Positions 1-11,310 are shown, numbered from the whole stretch's first letter. The stretch is DNA of 63,307 nucleotides, filler included, from Alcyonidium flabelliforme (GCA_026167845.1; 46 parts of 46 records of this genome joined end to end with filler, not necessarily neighbours in it); one strand, 5' to 3'. Notes: a model not told the origin generated them from the letters alone. Translations and numbers: made by a program.

Positions 1-411
1 GAAATTCTTGAGCGTGAGCAATCCAACCGCCCGCGTGGCGGCACTCGACACAATGCCGAGACGATAGAACCGGCCGCCCGTGCTTTGATTGTCGACGATG
101 AAAAGCTTGGCACCGGGAGCGATCACGGCACCGGCCGCATCACGTGGAGACTTGCATATGCCAACTCGGAATTGATCGGCATTGCCAGCGTTAACCACCG
201 TGGCACAATCCGGAATCCTATAAACGTTCACTGTGAAATCTGGATCATCAATATCCAGCAGCAAATTGAACGCGAAAGCCCGCGCGCCCTTCGCTGAGAA
301 TCCATCGGTAAACGCTTCCGTGCCAGGTATCAAGACCTTGCCCGGTAGTCCCATCCCGGCCGAGATATACGACTCACGGGCGACTAACTCCATTGCATTG
401 ATGTTATTCAT
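1..411 (-). CDS. Phage protein immediately downstream of the major capsid gene (3' truncated; possible head decoration or accessory protein)
   Basis: Not in the ORF track; AGGA RBS then ATG at 411, MNNINAMELVARESYISAGMGLPGKVLIPG..., open to the window edge. Confidence 0.6.
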   Translation of the reverse strand, partial: MNNINAMELVARESYISAGMGLPGKVLIPGTEAFTDGFSAKGARAFAFNLLLDIDDPDFTVNVYRIPDCATVVNAGNADQFRVGICKSPRDAAGAVIAPGAKLFIVDNQSTGGRFYRLGIVSSAATRAVGLLTLKNF

Positions 412-477
412 AACGTTCCTTCAAAAGAGGGGAGATTTCCTGCACCCTGTAAAACTCAAAACCAAAAACGAAAGAGA

Positions 478-1363
478 CTAGACTCGCTTGCCTCGGACGA
501 TGCCTTGCTCTTCCACGAGCATGCCGTCGTCATAGCCACGAGAGATCCAAATGGTTGTGTCCTTACAACCTTGACGGACTTTCTCCAATTCCATCATGTA
601 ACCGTTGGCCACGTAATACGTGGACATGTCAACTAACATAAATGGCACTTGGCCAACTGCGGTGCCGGGATCCATGAACTCCGAGAGAACGACCGGATAG
701 CCAACCAGCATGTTGGGCGGGCCTTCGGTCAAACCACGATGCCCGGTGGAGTGCCACAAGTATTGGCCGTTGCCGTCCTTGAGCGTCATGATCTGACACC
801 ACGTGTCTTGATTCATTACCCAAGTGAGACCACCCTTTCGGATGCGGCAAAGATTCATGCGGCAGATCATCTTGAAAAAATCATCGGCCTCAAAGTTGGT
901 AGGGACCGGATAGTCCCGCTCGGCTTCCAACTCGGCAGTGAGCAAACCCTCCCACTCCTCATCATTGCCGCTGCCACGGAACAACTGTTGCTCACGGCCG
1001 TTGTTGATAATCTTGGCAAGCTTGCCAGCAAAGTACGACTCAGCGTTAAGAACCGAGTGCCGAACCAAGTCACCGCAAACCGCCGTCGCCGCCGTGAACC
1101 AATGTGGCTCAAGCGTTTTAATTTGCCCGGTTGGATTGGAGATGTCGGAAGGCCCTTTGCAAACGCAACCGCGAGCGTACGAATTACCCTCATCGGTTTC
1201 CTTGCGGATGCCGAGTGATCGCGCGGCAGTCACATTGAGTTGCGTGGCCATCGAGATCAAGTAGTTGAGTTCGTTACACTCTTGATAGATCTGATCAAGG
1301 AACGTGATCGGAGTGCTCACCCAACCGCCATCGGCAAAGTCGTCAGCGGAGGCAAAGCCGGCC
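478..1363 (-). CDS. Phage major capsid protein, HK97 fold (5' truncated)
   Basis: GGW near the N-end, QLFRGSG..EGLL, WVMNQDTW..IMTLKDGNGQYLW, LVGYPVVLSEFM: the typical HK97-family capsid pattern. Confidence 0.9.
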
Positions 1364-1463
1364 NNNNNNNNNNNNNNNNNNNNNNNNNNNNNNNNNNNNN
1401 NNNNNNNTTAATTAATTAANNNNNNNNNNNNNNNNNNNNNNNNNNNNNNNNNNNNNNNNNNNN
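1364..1463. other. Artificial contig-joining spacer (44 N + TTAATTAATTAA + 44 N); first of 45 identical copies
   Basis: Same 100-nt block recurs every ~1.3-1.45 kb; TTAATTAATTAA gives stops in all six frames; flanking fragments differ in GC and taxonomic character and decrease steadily in length. Confidence 0.99.
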
Positions 1464-1464
1464 G

Positions 1465-2016
1465 GACATAGTAATTGATCAAGACGCGCACAGTAACTTA
1501 GTTACCTTAAACAGCTTTCGTGAGCCAAGCGCGCAATTTAATGTATTAAGCGGCTTAAGCAAAAACGAACTTATTGAACAGTTAAAGCACACTGAGCAAG
1601 GTAAATTAATACTGGTTGATTGTGGCGGGTTCGACTCTGAATTAAACCGCATAGCGGTTGCATTAAGTGATTTAGTAATTGTGCCAGCTAACGACGACAT
1701 AACCGAAGTGATCGGCCTTAAAAGTTTTGATAAAACGCTAAGCGAAATAAGTAAAGAAATGGGCGTAAATATAAACGGCCGTGTATTGTTTACCCGCGTT
1801 CACCCACGCCGCAAAAAGTTTGACGACGTAGAAAGTTTTTTAAATAACTCTGAACACCTATCGCGTTTAAACACCACCATACCAACGCGCAAAGATTACG
1901 GCAAAGCGGCGTTAGATGGCATGGGCGTATTTGCTCACCCAAAAACAAAATACAGTGATGCCGCACGCGATATTAAAGCGCTAGCAAGTGAAATAAACGC
2001 ACTATTAAATACTTAA
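1465..2016 (+). CDS. parA: ParA-family partition ATPase (5' truncated)
   Basis: Frame open from 1465: VIDQDAHSN (Walker A'), ILVDCGG (Walker B), SDLVIVP, GMGVF..AARDIKALASEI. Confidence 0.9.
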   Translation, partial: DIVIDQDAHSNLVTLNSFREPSAQFNVLSGLSKNELIEQLKHTEQGKLILVDCGGFDSELNRIAVALSDLVIVPANDDITEVIGLKSFDKTLSEISKEMGVNINGRVLFTRVHPRRKKFDDVESFLNNSEHLSRLNTTIPTRKDYGKAALDGMGVFAHPKTKYSDAARDIKALASEINALLNT

Positions 2017-2058
2017 ACCATATTTTATTAATACTAATTAAATACAAAGGCTAGAAAA

Positions 2059-2286
2059 ATGAGCAAGTTCGACAAACTAAACAACGTAGGTAAAGGCGCA
2101 GCATTAAGCGAGCAAGCAAGCGAGCCAAGCACTAAACCAGCCACTAAGCCTAAGCACATTAATAATTTACCTGTAAAAGCAGAGCAGCGTTTTAATGCAT
2201 TAAAAGCAGCGGGCAAGGTAAGTGGCAATTTATCAGCTTACATGGTGCAAGCATTACTTGAAAAGTTAGAACAAGACGAGCGATAA
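2059..2286 (+). CDS. Small ParG-like / ribbon-helix-helix partition partner
   Basis: 75 aa directly after parA; flexible N-terminus and C-terminal LSAYMVQALLEKL helix, as in type Ib partition cassettes. Confidence 0.6.
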   Translation: MSKFDKLNNVGKGAALSEQASEPSTKPATKPKHINNLPVKAEQRFNALKAAGKVSGNLSAYMVQALLEKLEQDER

Positions 2287-2365
2287 ACGCAGAATTTAAA
2301 AAAGAGTAAGCCGGTGAACTTCGACCCCCACCGGCTACGTGCAACACTAAAGAGGAAACTTTAAA

Positions 2366-2506
2366 ATGTCACAAGCAAACTATACAGCAATACAAAAAAT
2401 GCGTCTAATTGATTTACACACCCTACCAAGCCACCTTTTATTACAATGGTTGGCCAGTAAGCCCGCATGGTTACAAGCGGCGGTTATTGGTCGCCAAGCG
2501 CATTAA
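2366..2506 (+). CDS. Small hypothetical protein (46 aa)
   Basis: AGAGGA RBS; MSQANYTAIQKMRLIDLHTLPSHLLLQWLASKPAWLQAAVIGRQAH. Confidence 0.45.
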   Translation: MSQANYTAIQKMRLIDLHTLPSHLLLQWLASKPAWLQAAVIGRQAH

Positions 2507-2648
2507 CGCTTTTATCTATTAATTGGGCGATTTGCAACGCAGCATGATTGGTTGGTAAATCGTCCTCACTGGCGCGAGCTAATAGCACAGCTAAAGAATG
2601 TGCACTTTGTAATGAATCACTCACCTGTGATTTGGTCTTATTATCCAT
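2484..2648 (-). CDS. Small hypothetical protein (54 aa)
   Basis: GAGGGA RBS; MDNKTKSQVSDSLQSAHSLAVLLARASEDDLPTNHAALQIAQLIDKSVNALGDQ. Confidence 0.45.
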   Translation of the reverse strand: MDNKTKSQVSDSLQSAHSLAVLLARASEDDLPTNHAALQIAQLIDKSVNALGDQ

Positions 2649-2924
2649 AATATATCCCTCGATAACTTCATTATTTGTTATGGAAATTACACCTAAATAT
2701 TAACCTTTGCAATAAAAACTTACATTCTGTCAGTTTTTATTCAGGCAGGGTATGTAATTATTTACAGGATCGGTTACTATAACGCCAACATAAGAGGCAG
2801 GCCCATGTTTAAAAAAGCACTAACNNNNNNNNNNNNNNNNNNNNNNNNNNNNNNNNNNNNNNNNNNNNTTAATTAATTAANNNNNNNNNNNNNNNNNNNN
2901 NNNNNNNNNNNNNNNNNNNNNNNN

Positions 2925-4272
2925 ATACATTAGTTAAAAAGGATCTGGAAGAAAATTGCTCAAAACATGGGGGTCTGTTAATCTATGTAAATAATGATTA
3001 TGAGATAAGTAAGATTGAAATTTTAAACAATAAAATAGCTTATGAAGGAATTGCAATTAACATTAAAATGAATAATAAACAATTAACTGCTTTGAATTTA
3101 TATAGACCACCTAGTAATGCTAATCGAGTATTTGAAAATTTTATTCAAGACTTCATTCCTTATATTTCAAATCTTGTTTCAAAAAATGGTGAATTAATCG
3201 TTACTGGTGATTGCAATACAAATTTGCTTAAAATACTTAATGATAACTCTGCCAGTACTTTTTTTGATCATATGATTAACTTACATCTACTTCCAAATAT
3301 CACCTTTCCTTCGCGGTTTAATAACAACTCTTGCTCGTTAATTGATCAAATTTTCACTAAATTTACACCTTCTTCTCAACAATCGTGTTCTGGTATTCTC
3401 TTTAGTGATCTCTCAGATCACTGTCCAATATTTACTGCCTTGGATTGCCAAAAAACCATTCATCCTAAGAGATCTAAATTAATCACTATAAAATATCGTC
3501 CTAATAACTTTAATGATGTTTTAAAAAAAGACATTGAAGCAATCAATTTTGATTCTCTGTTTGACAACAATAATAATGCAAACGACAATTATAATATCTT
3601 CATTGATACTCTAACTGATATAATTTCAAAATATAATCAATCAAAAACTGTTCGTATGAATAAGTACAAACATAAACTAAACGGCTGGATTTCCCTTGGA
3701 ATACTGAATTCTATAAAGAATAGAGATAACATTTATAAGAAACTCCGTAAAACCCCTTCTGATACTCCTCAACATGAGGCGTACTTCATAGAACTGAAAA
3801 ACTATAACTTGCTGTTAAAATCAATAATCAAATCTGCCAAGACTTTGTATTATGAACATGAATTTAATAAGAATAAGAATGACATTCGTAACACTTGGGA
3901 TACAATTAAGCAAGTTATAAATAAATGTCCAAAAAATATAACTTTACCTCATTTTATAACTACAGATGATAAAGATAGAGTAACCGATAAAACTGAAATG
4001 GCGAATCATTTTAACACATTTTTCATAAATATCGGTAAAAAATTATCAGAATCATTACCTTCAGTTAATAATAAAGCATATGAGAAATATTTGATATCTA
4101 AGACGCACACTAGGTTTAAATTTAATATCGTAACTGAAGAAAATGTTGATAAAATAATTAGAAATCTTAAATTACATACGAGTAATGGCATTGATAACAT
4201 ATCAAGTGCATTTATCAAATCATTTTCTTACATCTTAAATAAACCTCTTACCTATCTAATAAATTTATCTTT
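2925..4272 (+). mobile_element. Non-LTR retrotransposon (LINE) ORF2 fragment: APE endonuclease and linker toward RT
   Basis: GGLLIYV, LYRPP, VTGDCN, SLIDQIF, SDHCPIF motifs, followed by WISLGILNSIKNRD and ANHFNTFF. Confidence 0.92.
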
Positions 4273-4372
4273 NNNNNNNNNNNNNNNNNNNNNNNNNNNN
4301 NNNNNNNNNNNNNNNNTTAATTAATTAANNNNNNNNNNNNNNNNNNNNNNNNNNNNNNNNNNNNNNNNNNNN

Positions 4373-4540
4373 TTAATTACACCTCACGAGGATGGCTGCG
4401 AGGATGTTGCCGTTTCTCGCGATTACATGGAAAAACACGATCCCCAACTCGGCGGCTACTTTGTCGTGTATGGCGACGGGTACCAATCTTGGTCACCAGC
4501 CGAAGCTTTCGAAAGTGGCTACACAGCAATCAAAGAGTAG
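4373..4540 (+). CDS. Conserved small phage protein, C-terminal part
   Basis: Not in the ORF track; GGYFVVYGDGYQSWSPAEAFESGY motif, recognised from phage proteins. Confidence 0.65.
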   Translation, partial: LITPHEDGCEDVAVSRDYMEKHDPQLGGYFVVYGDGYQSWSPAEAFESGYTAIKE

Positions 4541-4552
4541 AAGTGAGACAAC

Positions 4553-5056
4553 ATGGCTCTATGTCCCCCCGTGCCGGCCGCCGCTCCCGTTGATTGCACC
4601 GCGCTACCGATCACGCGGCTTGGCTTATGCTCACCGTGCGGCACGCGTGGATGCGGTTGCGATCCATGCGACCACACCGGGCCGCAATGCCTGGGCGGCC
4701 GATGCGGCAAGTGCGAGAGCAGCGAGGTCACCGCGTGTGACAAATTCGAGCTCATTTACTGTTTGGCCAATTGCTACGAAATTCAAGGTGATCACTTCGC
4801 TCGCATGCTGTTGAGAGCGGAGGACGATTATCGAGCGGCGGCCATACTCACATTTACGTCGGCTAGTGGAATCGTCCGCGTTGAGGATTCGTGTCTCAAA
4901 GTCCGAATTGGCGAGGGCGTCCTCAAGCCCGGATATTGGTTGGGCCAACCGATACTAAGCAAAACCGATTTGTCCGAACCGTGGCGAGGTGCCGTGAAAC
5001 GGTTTCGGATTGGTGCATGCTTAGAGACTCCACCGGCAGACGTTTGCAAACCATGA
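4553..5056 (+). CDS. Cys-rich phage hypothetical protein
   Basis: 167 aa, 13 Cys in the first 74 residues; tightly packed between phage genes. Confidence 0.6.
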   Translation: MALCPPVPAAAPVDCTALPITRLGLCSPCGTRGCGCDPCDHTGPQCLGGRCGKCESSEVTACDKFELIYCLANCYEIQGDHFARMLLRAEDDYRAAAILTFTSASGIVRVEDSCLKVRIGEGVLKPGYWLGQPILSKTDLSEPWRGAVKRFRIGACLETPPADVCKP

Positions 5057-5060
5057 TCAA

Positions 5061-5384
5061 ATGCCAAGCAAAGCGCTCACGATTTGCAAGCGATGCGGCA
5101 AGATAGGATGTAGTTGCCAAGTTAAGACCTCCAAGAGGGTACGGTGCCCGTTTTACTCACTCGCGCGATGGAGAGGCCATCGGCGGAAGGACGGATCGTA
5201 CAGCGGCGGCATGAAGCAACGGAGACTCCAAGAGAATCCGTTTTGCGTGGAATGTGGCGACATCGCCACCGAAGTGGATCACATCACACCCCACAACGGT
5301 GATGAGGATCTATTTTTTGATTACGACAATACGCAGTCGATGTGTCAAACTGATCATTCGCGAAAAACCAGGAGAGGGGAATAG
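5061..5384 (+). CDS. Phage HNH endonuclease (terminase-associated, HK97 gp74-like)
   Basis: CKRCG, FYSLARW, NPFCVECG..ATEVDHITPHNGD..FFDYDNTQSMCQTDHSRKT. Confidence 0.92.
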   Translation: MPSKALTICKRCGKIGCSCQVKTSKRVRCPFYSLARWRGHRRKDGSYSGGMKQRRLQENPFCVECGDIATEVDHITPHNGDEDLFFDYDNTQSMCQTDHSRKTRRGE

Positions 5385-5391
5385 GAATAGG

Positions 5392-5714
5392 ATGCCCGAA
5401 CCAAAAAACGTTGTGTTTAAGTTTGATGAGCGATCGTTAGTCTCGAATAAGGACTTGGAGGCTCAAGGGCGTGGCGTGCGTCTATTTGGCCAGTCAGTTG
5501 TGGGATACTTTCGCGAGAAGCTCTCCGAACAATTATTGGGCTTTGACGTTTTAATGGATGATCCACCCGAGACGCTCACCGAGGATGAGCAAGACATGCT
5601 GAACGCATATCGGCGGAGGCGGGAGCGGCAAGCATCTGGCGTGTTCTCGTGGCGTTATGAGGACGATCGACGATTCGTTGTCCCAATGACCCCCTCATTA
5701 ATTGCCCATCCTCG
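5392..5714 (+). CDS. Phage hypothetical protein (3' truncated)
   Basis: ATG at 5392 just after the HNH stop, with AGGA upstream; open to the spacer. Confidence 0.5.
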
Positions 5715-5815
5715 NNNNNNNNNNNNNNNNNNNNNNNNNNNNNNNNNNNNNNNNNNNNTTAATTAATTAANNNNNNNNNNNNNNNNNNNNNNNNNNNNNN
5801 NNNNNNNNNNNNNNC

Positions 5816-6205
5816 GTACACGATATAATAAATCGTGTGTGCTGGGCGCATGGTGTAAAAAATAAAGCGGCCCTTGAGCGCAAAATAGCGTTAAGTGACT
5901 CATGGTGTACCAACACCATTAAACGCGGCTCAACACCGTATGCACTAATAGACCAAACAGCGCAGGCAACCGGCATAAGTTACGATCACCTACTGTATGG
6001 CAGCCCAATGAGCCAACTAGACCCAAACGATTTGTTGTATATAAAGCAAGGTTTAATAAAAAGCTTAAGAGAGCTAAACGAGCAGGGGTTTATAAATAAA
6101 GCGAGCAGCTTAGAAGATTTAGAACAGCTAGCTAAAAAACAAGCCGCCGATATTGAACACGAACTTACAATACAGTGGAACAAAAACACCAAAGAGCGCG
6201 CCTAG
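5816..6205 (+). CDS. Phage CI-type repressor HTH protein (186/P2-like N-terminal domain; 5' truncated)
   Basis: IINRVCWAHG..AALERKIALSDS..TIKRGSTPY..AQATGISYDHLLYG matches the phage CI repressor HTH pattern. Confidence 0.75.
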   Translation, partial: VHDIINRVCWAHGVKNKAALERKIALSDSWCTNTIKRGSTPYALIDQTAQATGISYDHLLYGSPMSQLDPNDLLYIKQGLIKSLRELNEQGFINKASSLEDLEQLAKKQAADIEHELTIQWNKNTKERA

Positions 6206-6588
6206 CGCTCTTTGTTAAACTTTGCATAAATTACTTTATGCCCTAAATCATTATCGTATTTATTCATTAGCTGCCCTATTGATAATTCCTCAACGGGCGC
6301 TTGCACCTCAGCCGGTGTAATTTCTGCAAGCTCAAAATCATAACGCTGCATACTTGGGAACTTGCCCAATATTAATGCCACCTCATTTTTAAGCTTTTCG
6401 GCTTCATTCATTAACTGCATCGACTTTTTAAAGTCGGGTTCGTGCTTAGCGTTAATACTTAAGCGCATGGCCAGTTCAGACTTATCGCGTAATTGCTTTT
6501 TAAAAATAGCGCGGCGCGACATAAGCCAGGTACTTAACGTAAGCAAACACACCAATATTAAAAGCGCGCCATAAACAATATTTATCAT
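6202..6588 (-). CDS. Hypothetical protein with N-terminal transmembrane anchor
   Basis: Hydrophobic N-terminal helix; ATGA overlap with the upstream membrane gene. Confidence 0.65.
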   Translation of the reverse strand: MINIVYGALLILVCLLTLSTWLMSRRAIFKKQLRDKSELAMRLSINAKHEPDFKKSMQLMNEAEKLKNEVALILGKFPSMQRYDFELAEITPAEVQAPVEELSIGQLMNKYDNDLGHKVIYAKFNKER

Positions 6589-7133
6589 AAAGCACCTCTT
6601 GGTAAACGTAAGCTCAACACATCACCAAGCTTAGTATTTAAAATTTTAGGAAAAAGCATAACAACCCACAACGCACCGCTAATATAAAGCACTGTAAAAC
6701 TATACAGGTAATGTAGCACTGCAAACCCTTCTTGAATATCCAAAACCACAAATTTAACCCACAATATTAAATGAGCAACCGACAAAACCAGCGTTAAGCG
6801 CACCACCGTAAAAAACAGCTCACCGTACTTATAGCTAAAGCGGGTATGTAATCGGTATAAAATAAATAAACCTAATATATTAAAAGCAGCAACAGCTAAA
6901 TAAATATTTTGAACATTACCAACTTGGTTATTTTCTTGTATAAACATTAATATATGTTCCATCATTACAGTGGTTAGCATGTACTTTGACACCACCACTG
7001 CAATCGATAAAAAATCACTAAGGAGTTCTTTGTTTTTAACTGCCCTGTAAATAGAGAGCGTAAGGGCCAATAGGTATGTAAGCGATATTACAACTTGAAT
7101 TGAAAACACATCATGGTGATCACTCGCCACCAT
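6585..7133 (-). CDS. Polytopic membrane protein (about 5 TM segments; may be 5' truncated)
   Basis: Several long hydrophobic stretches; translationally coupled to the next ORF. Confidence 0.7.
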   Translation of the reverse strand: MVASDHHDVFSIQVVISLTYLLALTLSIYRAVKNKELLSDFLSIAVVVSKYMLTTVMMEHILMFIQENNQVGNVQNIYLAVAAFNILGLFILYRLHTRFSYKYGELFFTVVRLTLVLSVAHLILWVKFVVLDIQEGFAVLHYLYSFTVLYISGALWVVMLFPKILNTKLGDVLSLRLPRGAL

Positions 7134-7252
7134 TAAATTATTATATAAACCGNNNNNNNNNNNNNNNNNNNNNNNNNNNNNNNNNNNNNNNNNNNNTTAA
7201 TTAATTAANNNNNNNNNNNNNNNNNNNNNNNNNNNNNNNNNNNNNNNNNNNN

Positions 7253-8562
7253 ATTGAAGACATTCCGCAATATACCAAAATCCGTAACGATATTATCGAA
7301 GAAGTGAAGTCTTTTCCTGATGAGCAGCTACCTAAGCGCATTTTACTTACTGCAGGTGAAATGTACGCTATAGATAAACACTTTGAAGCTTCAAACAATC
7401 ATTGTGCCAAAAACTTTCTCAACAAAGATGAGTTGTTTAAAGGGAAAGGGCATAAGGATATTCTATGCTTTTAAGCAAATTAGGAACTCCTTGCGAAGCT
7501 TCAACATTATCTATTTTGGAGCGTATTGCCAATAATGGTGGAAGAGTCACTGTAAAAAAACAAGCTAATTACTTACCTGTCACTATACCTGAACCAGTAG
7601 CAAAACATGTTCGTTATCGTGGTAATACATGGAAACAAAAAGAAGTAGAAGTTGTTGTATGTAACAATGTAAGAGCTTGTCTTGATTAAGAGAAAGGTTT
7701 CATTGAGTCAGGTAAGGTTGTTAGCCTTGTAATCTATAGGTCTGCGTTTGATAAAATTAATGTAGCAAATCATTTTACAAATTTTACAGATATTTATGTT
7801 TTAGAATTAACATCTCCTGGTGGTAAGTTTTATAGCCACTTTCTATTTGATCTGCTACCTAAACTACATTTGTTAAAAAACTTAGGTTTAGATGTTAATT
7901 TTTTTGATAAGGTTATCATTAACTTTAGAGATATACCTTTCATCAAAGAGTCTTTTAAAGCTTTAAATATAGACTTCTCTAAAGTCGTTGGGCGTGACGC
8001 TGCTAACAGAATGTTTGAATGTAAATTATTGGTTACTATTAGTGAGCCAAGAGATAATTTGTATACTTCTGATTGGATTGTTGACTTTATTCGAAATACT
8101 TTCTCTTCAAACGAAGCACTAACCAAATTTTCTTCAATTTACATAAGCCGAAACCTTGGAACTAAAAGAATAGTTGTTAATGAAAGTGATTTCATTGATG
8201 GCTTAGTTTCAGCTGGTGTTGATATTGTTTATTGTGAAAAACATACAATAAAACAAAATGCCGCAATTTTTAGGAATGCTAATATTGTTGTGGCACCTCA
8301 TGGCGCAGGTTTGTCAAACATTGTTTTTTGCCGACCAGGCACGACAGTTGTTGAGCTCTTTTCAAGTCATTGGTCTGATGAGTTCTGGAAACTATCTTTA
8401 GCTTGTGGTCTTCACTATATTCCAATTCAAGTTAAATTGGAGGATGACACTAAGGCTGATATTTCTTCTTTAGACTATGCATCTTCTTATTTGAAACTAA
8501 ATTCAGACAATATGCGCGTTGATGATCTACTCCCTTTTTTTGATTTATCTGTGATGAAATAG
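7253..8562 (+). pseudogene. Glycosyltransferase family 61 (DUF563) gene, interrupted by an in-frame TAA at 7687-7689 and a probable frameshift near 7450-7470
   Basis: FYSHFLFDLLPKL, IYISR...RIVVNE, NANIVVAPHGAGLSNIVFC, VVELF; ORFs 7465-7689 and 7870-8562 are in the same frame, separated by one stop. Confidence 0.75.
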
Positions 8563-9256
8563 ATGTCGCTTAAATTTTACATCCACATCGNNNNNNNNNN
8601 NNNNNNNNNNNNNNNNNNNNNNNNNNNNNNNNNNTTAATTAATTAANNNNNNNNNNNNNNNNNNNNNNNNNNNNNNNNNNNNNNNNNNNNCAGGGTTGAT
8701 GTGGGTGGGAGAGGTGTCTGTTAATAGCCTACGGGGTGAGGCGGTAGCCCCTCTCCTATTCATCTGACGTGTGGCGCGCGTCATACTGTAATTATTTAAT
8801 GGAATAAGACAAATTAACTAAAAAACTTCTATTAATATAACCTATCCTAGCTAGCTAGTCTCAGATTAGTACTTTACGCAGTACTTATTTCTGGAGGTAC
8901 TCAGAGACACAGTACCCTGGGCCTTGGGTACTCTCTTCTGGTCTATAGCGAACTTGCCACCACCGATAACACACACAGTCTAAAACTCTCCCCCAATTAA
9001 TCTGAAGCGCCGTTTTCCGAGGACTCCGGACCACCACAAGGGTTATCCGAAAACTCTGGCTACTGGCTTGATACTTTCAGAAAAATTGGTGTTAAATTAA
9101 ACTACTGTGGTGATACCTAATGGTGACAGTTTGGAATCTACAACAGGAACGTCTTACCTAATACTGCCAAATGTCTGTAGCTTCTACTTGGTCTGTGACA
9201 TCTAACTGGGGTAGTGGGCTCCTTGGTTGATAGTGGTAGGGGTTGGAGTTGTCTCC

Positions 9257-9347
9257 TATCTGTGTATCTGTATCTGTAAGTGTATCTGTATCTGTATCTG
9301 TAAGTGTCTGTATCTGTATCTGTAAGTGTCTGTATCTGTATGTGTAA
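9257..9347. repeat. (TATCTG)n / TGTAAG compound microsatellite
   Basis: Repeated tatctg units visible directly. Confidence 0.9.
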
Positions 9348-9708
9348 GCTTCCTATGTTGGAGTGGGTTGATGTTGCGGAGTTGTCCTCTTTCCTAGTCT
9401 CACTATTGGAATAGTGGTATCGTTGTCCGGTTGCTTAGTAATGATAGACTTGGTAGCGTGTCTTACATTGACTCGTGTAGGTGGATGAGGAGTCGTGCGG
9501 TGTTGAGCGGCTGGCACTAGTCTTTGCTAGTTCTCGGATGCGGGAGTTCTTAATCGTTGAGTTGAAAGTCGTGATGATAAATGTGCACGGTTTAAATTGT
9601 ATAAAATTTAATTTCTCGTGCTATGGTGAGGTGGTGATACTATTGGCGATGTAGCCAATGTGTAGAGTCGTGATGGTTGGTGAGTTGATATCGTGTTGAT
9701 GCTACTCT

Positions 9709-10008
9709 ACTAGTGACGGCACTATAATTATATTTTAACAATTGAAATTAAAATAATTAATTAAATCGTGCATGTACTAGCGAAATAGTCGTGTTGGTCC
9801 TATACTATACTACTAGTGACAGCACTTTAACTATATTTTAATAATGAATTAAAATAATTAGTTACTCGTGCTGTACTAGTGTAATAGTCGTGCTGGTCTT
9901 CTGTAGTGCTCCTGTGTAGTGCAGGCACGATAGTGTCGTGCTGGTCTGTACTCGTGCAGGTCTGGTGCTCCTGAGTAGTGCAGGCACGATAGTGTCGTGC
10001 TGGTCTGT
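9709..10008. repeat. Two pairs of imperfect direct repeats (~100-bp unit at ~9709/9812; 33-bp unit at 9917/9976)
   Basis: actagtgac.gcact..aa.tatattttaa...atagtcgtg.tggtc occurs twice; tagtgcaggcacgatagtgtcgtgctggtctgt occurs twice. Confidence 0.8.
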
Positions 10009-11083
10009 GTGGAGCTCGTGCGGGTTGCNNNNNNNNNNNNNNNNNNNNNNNNNNNNNNNNNNNNNNNNNNNNTTAATTAATTAANNNNNNNNNNNNNNNN
10101 NNNNNNNNNNNNNNNNNNNNNNNNNNNNGTTTATTTTAAAGAAATTCCCTTTTTTAGCTAATAATAACTGTTCCAGCATGAAAAAAGTGCGGGCAATAGG
10201 AATATGAAGTAGAAAGGGAAAAATATGTAATGTGATTTTTAATTGTGACGTGTAGTTTTGAAGAAATAAGCAATTAACGAAATTTTTGGTAAATGTAGCA
10301 TAAGTTTTTTAAATGAGCGCAAGTTTTTTATTTGTAAATACTGTGAGTGGGTGTAAGCAACGTAGTTATGTTTAAGGTATTTTAGGTTTAAATTGCCCCA
10401 TACTTTTAGAAATAATTATTAATTTACGTTAATCTTTTGAAATGCTAAGCGTCTGTAACGGTAATGTCTAGAAGATGCAGAATATATAGTTTAAAAATTT
10501 AACAGATTAAAAATAACTTATGTAAGTGATTTTTGTTTTTGAGCCCTCGTTAAAACGTTATATGTATTGAGGTAACAGCTAGGTTGATTTAATATTGTAG
10601 GGTGGGAGCAGTGCTGTAATATGATATGAGTTTTCTATATCCTAGGTCAAGTGGTTAATATTAGACTGACCTCATCCAGTAAAGTACTATGATATTTTTT
10701 GTGGTTAAAATTAGACTCTTATCTCTTTATTTATAGATTGTATTTCTAATTAAGTGTCTATTAATTTAAACAAATTGCAATAGTTGGACCAGTCACAATT
10801 ACATGTAGTGTCAACTCAGCATTTTCAAGATCCTCTGTAAAACTTAAATTTTAGCTTATTTCAGTTAAAGAATAAGTTTCAATACATAGGAATACAGTTA
10901 CTGCATTTTAAACATTGAACTAATAATTATCTGGATTATATGAAATCTAACATTTGGATATCTTTTTAAGGTAAGTTTTTTTATTTGAAATTAGGTAAGA
11001 ATAACTCCTGGGAGGAAGTATCATTGTAAGTGACTGTATGTGTGCATGTGTCATTGAGTGTTATTTGAATTTGTCTTGGATTA

Positions 11084-11310
11084 GAATCCCATGGGGGTAC
11101 TGCCATTCAAGACAATGTTATTGTGGATTTTGATTGTAATAGAATTCCAGGTATACATTACGTTGGCTTAAGTCGAGTTAGAAATTTAGAAAACATGTAC
11201 ATAACAAATCTGAATGAAGATAAAATAACTGTTTCACAAAGTGTCATTACAGAAATGCAACGCCTCCGCACGACTTGTAGATTAATTGTTAAAGAACCTT
11301 TATTATGGAA
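11084..11310 (+). mobile_element. PIF1-like helicase C-terminal remnant (Helitron/Helentron type)
   Basis: VIVDFD...HYVGLSRVRNLENMYI (helicase motif VI) and SVITEMQRLR in AT-rich eukaryotic DNA. Confidence 0.7.

Noticed and set aside
649..1264. Plus-strand ORFs over the capsid gene (and similar antisense ORFs at 18982, 20670 and 12075)
   Set aside because: Shadow frames of GC-rich coding sequence on the opposite strand
7687..7689. In-frame TAA in the GT61 gene as an alternative genetic code
   Set aside because: Accompanied by a probable frameshift upstream, consistent with decay or low-coverage errors
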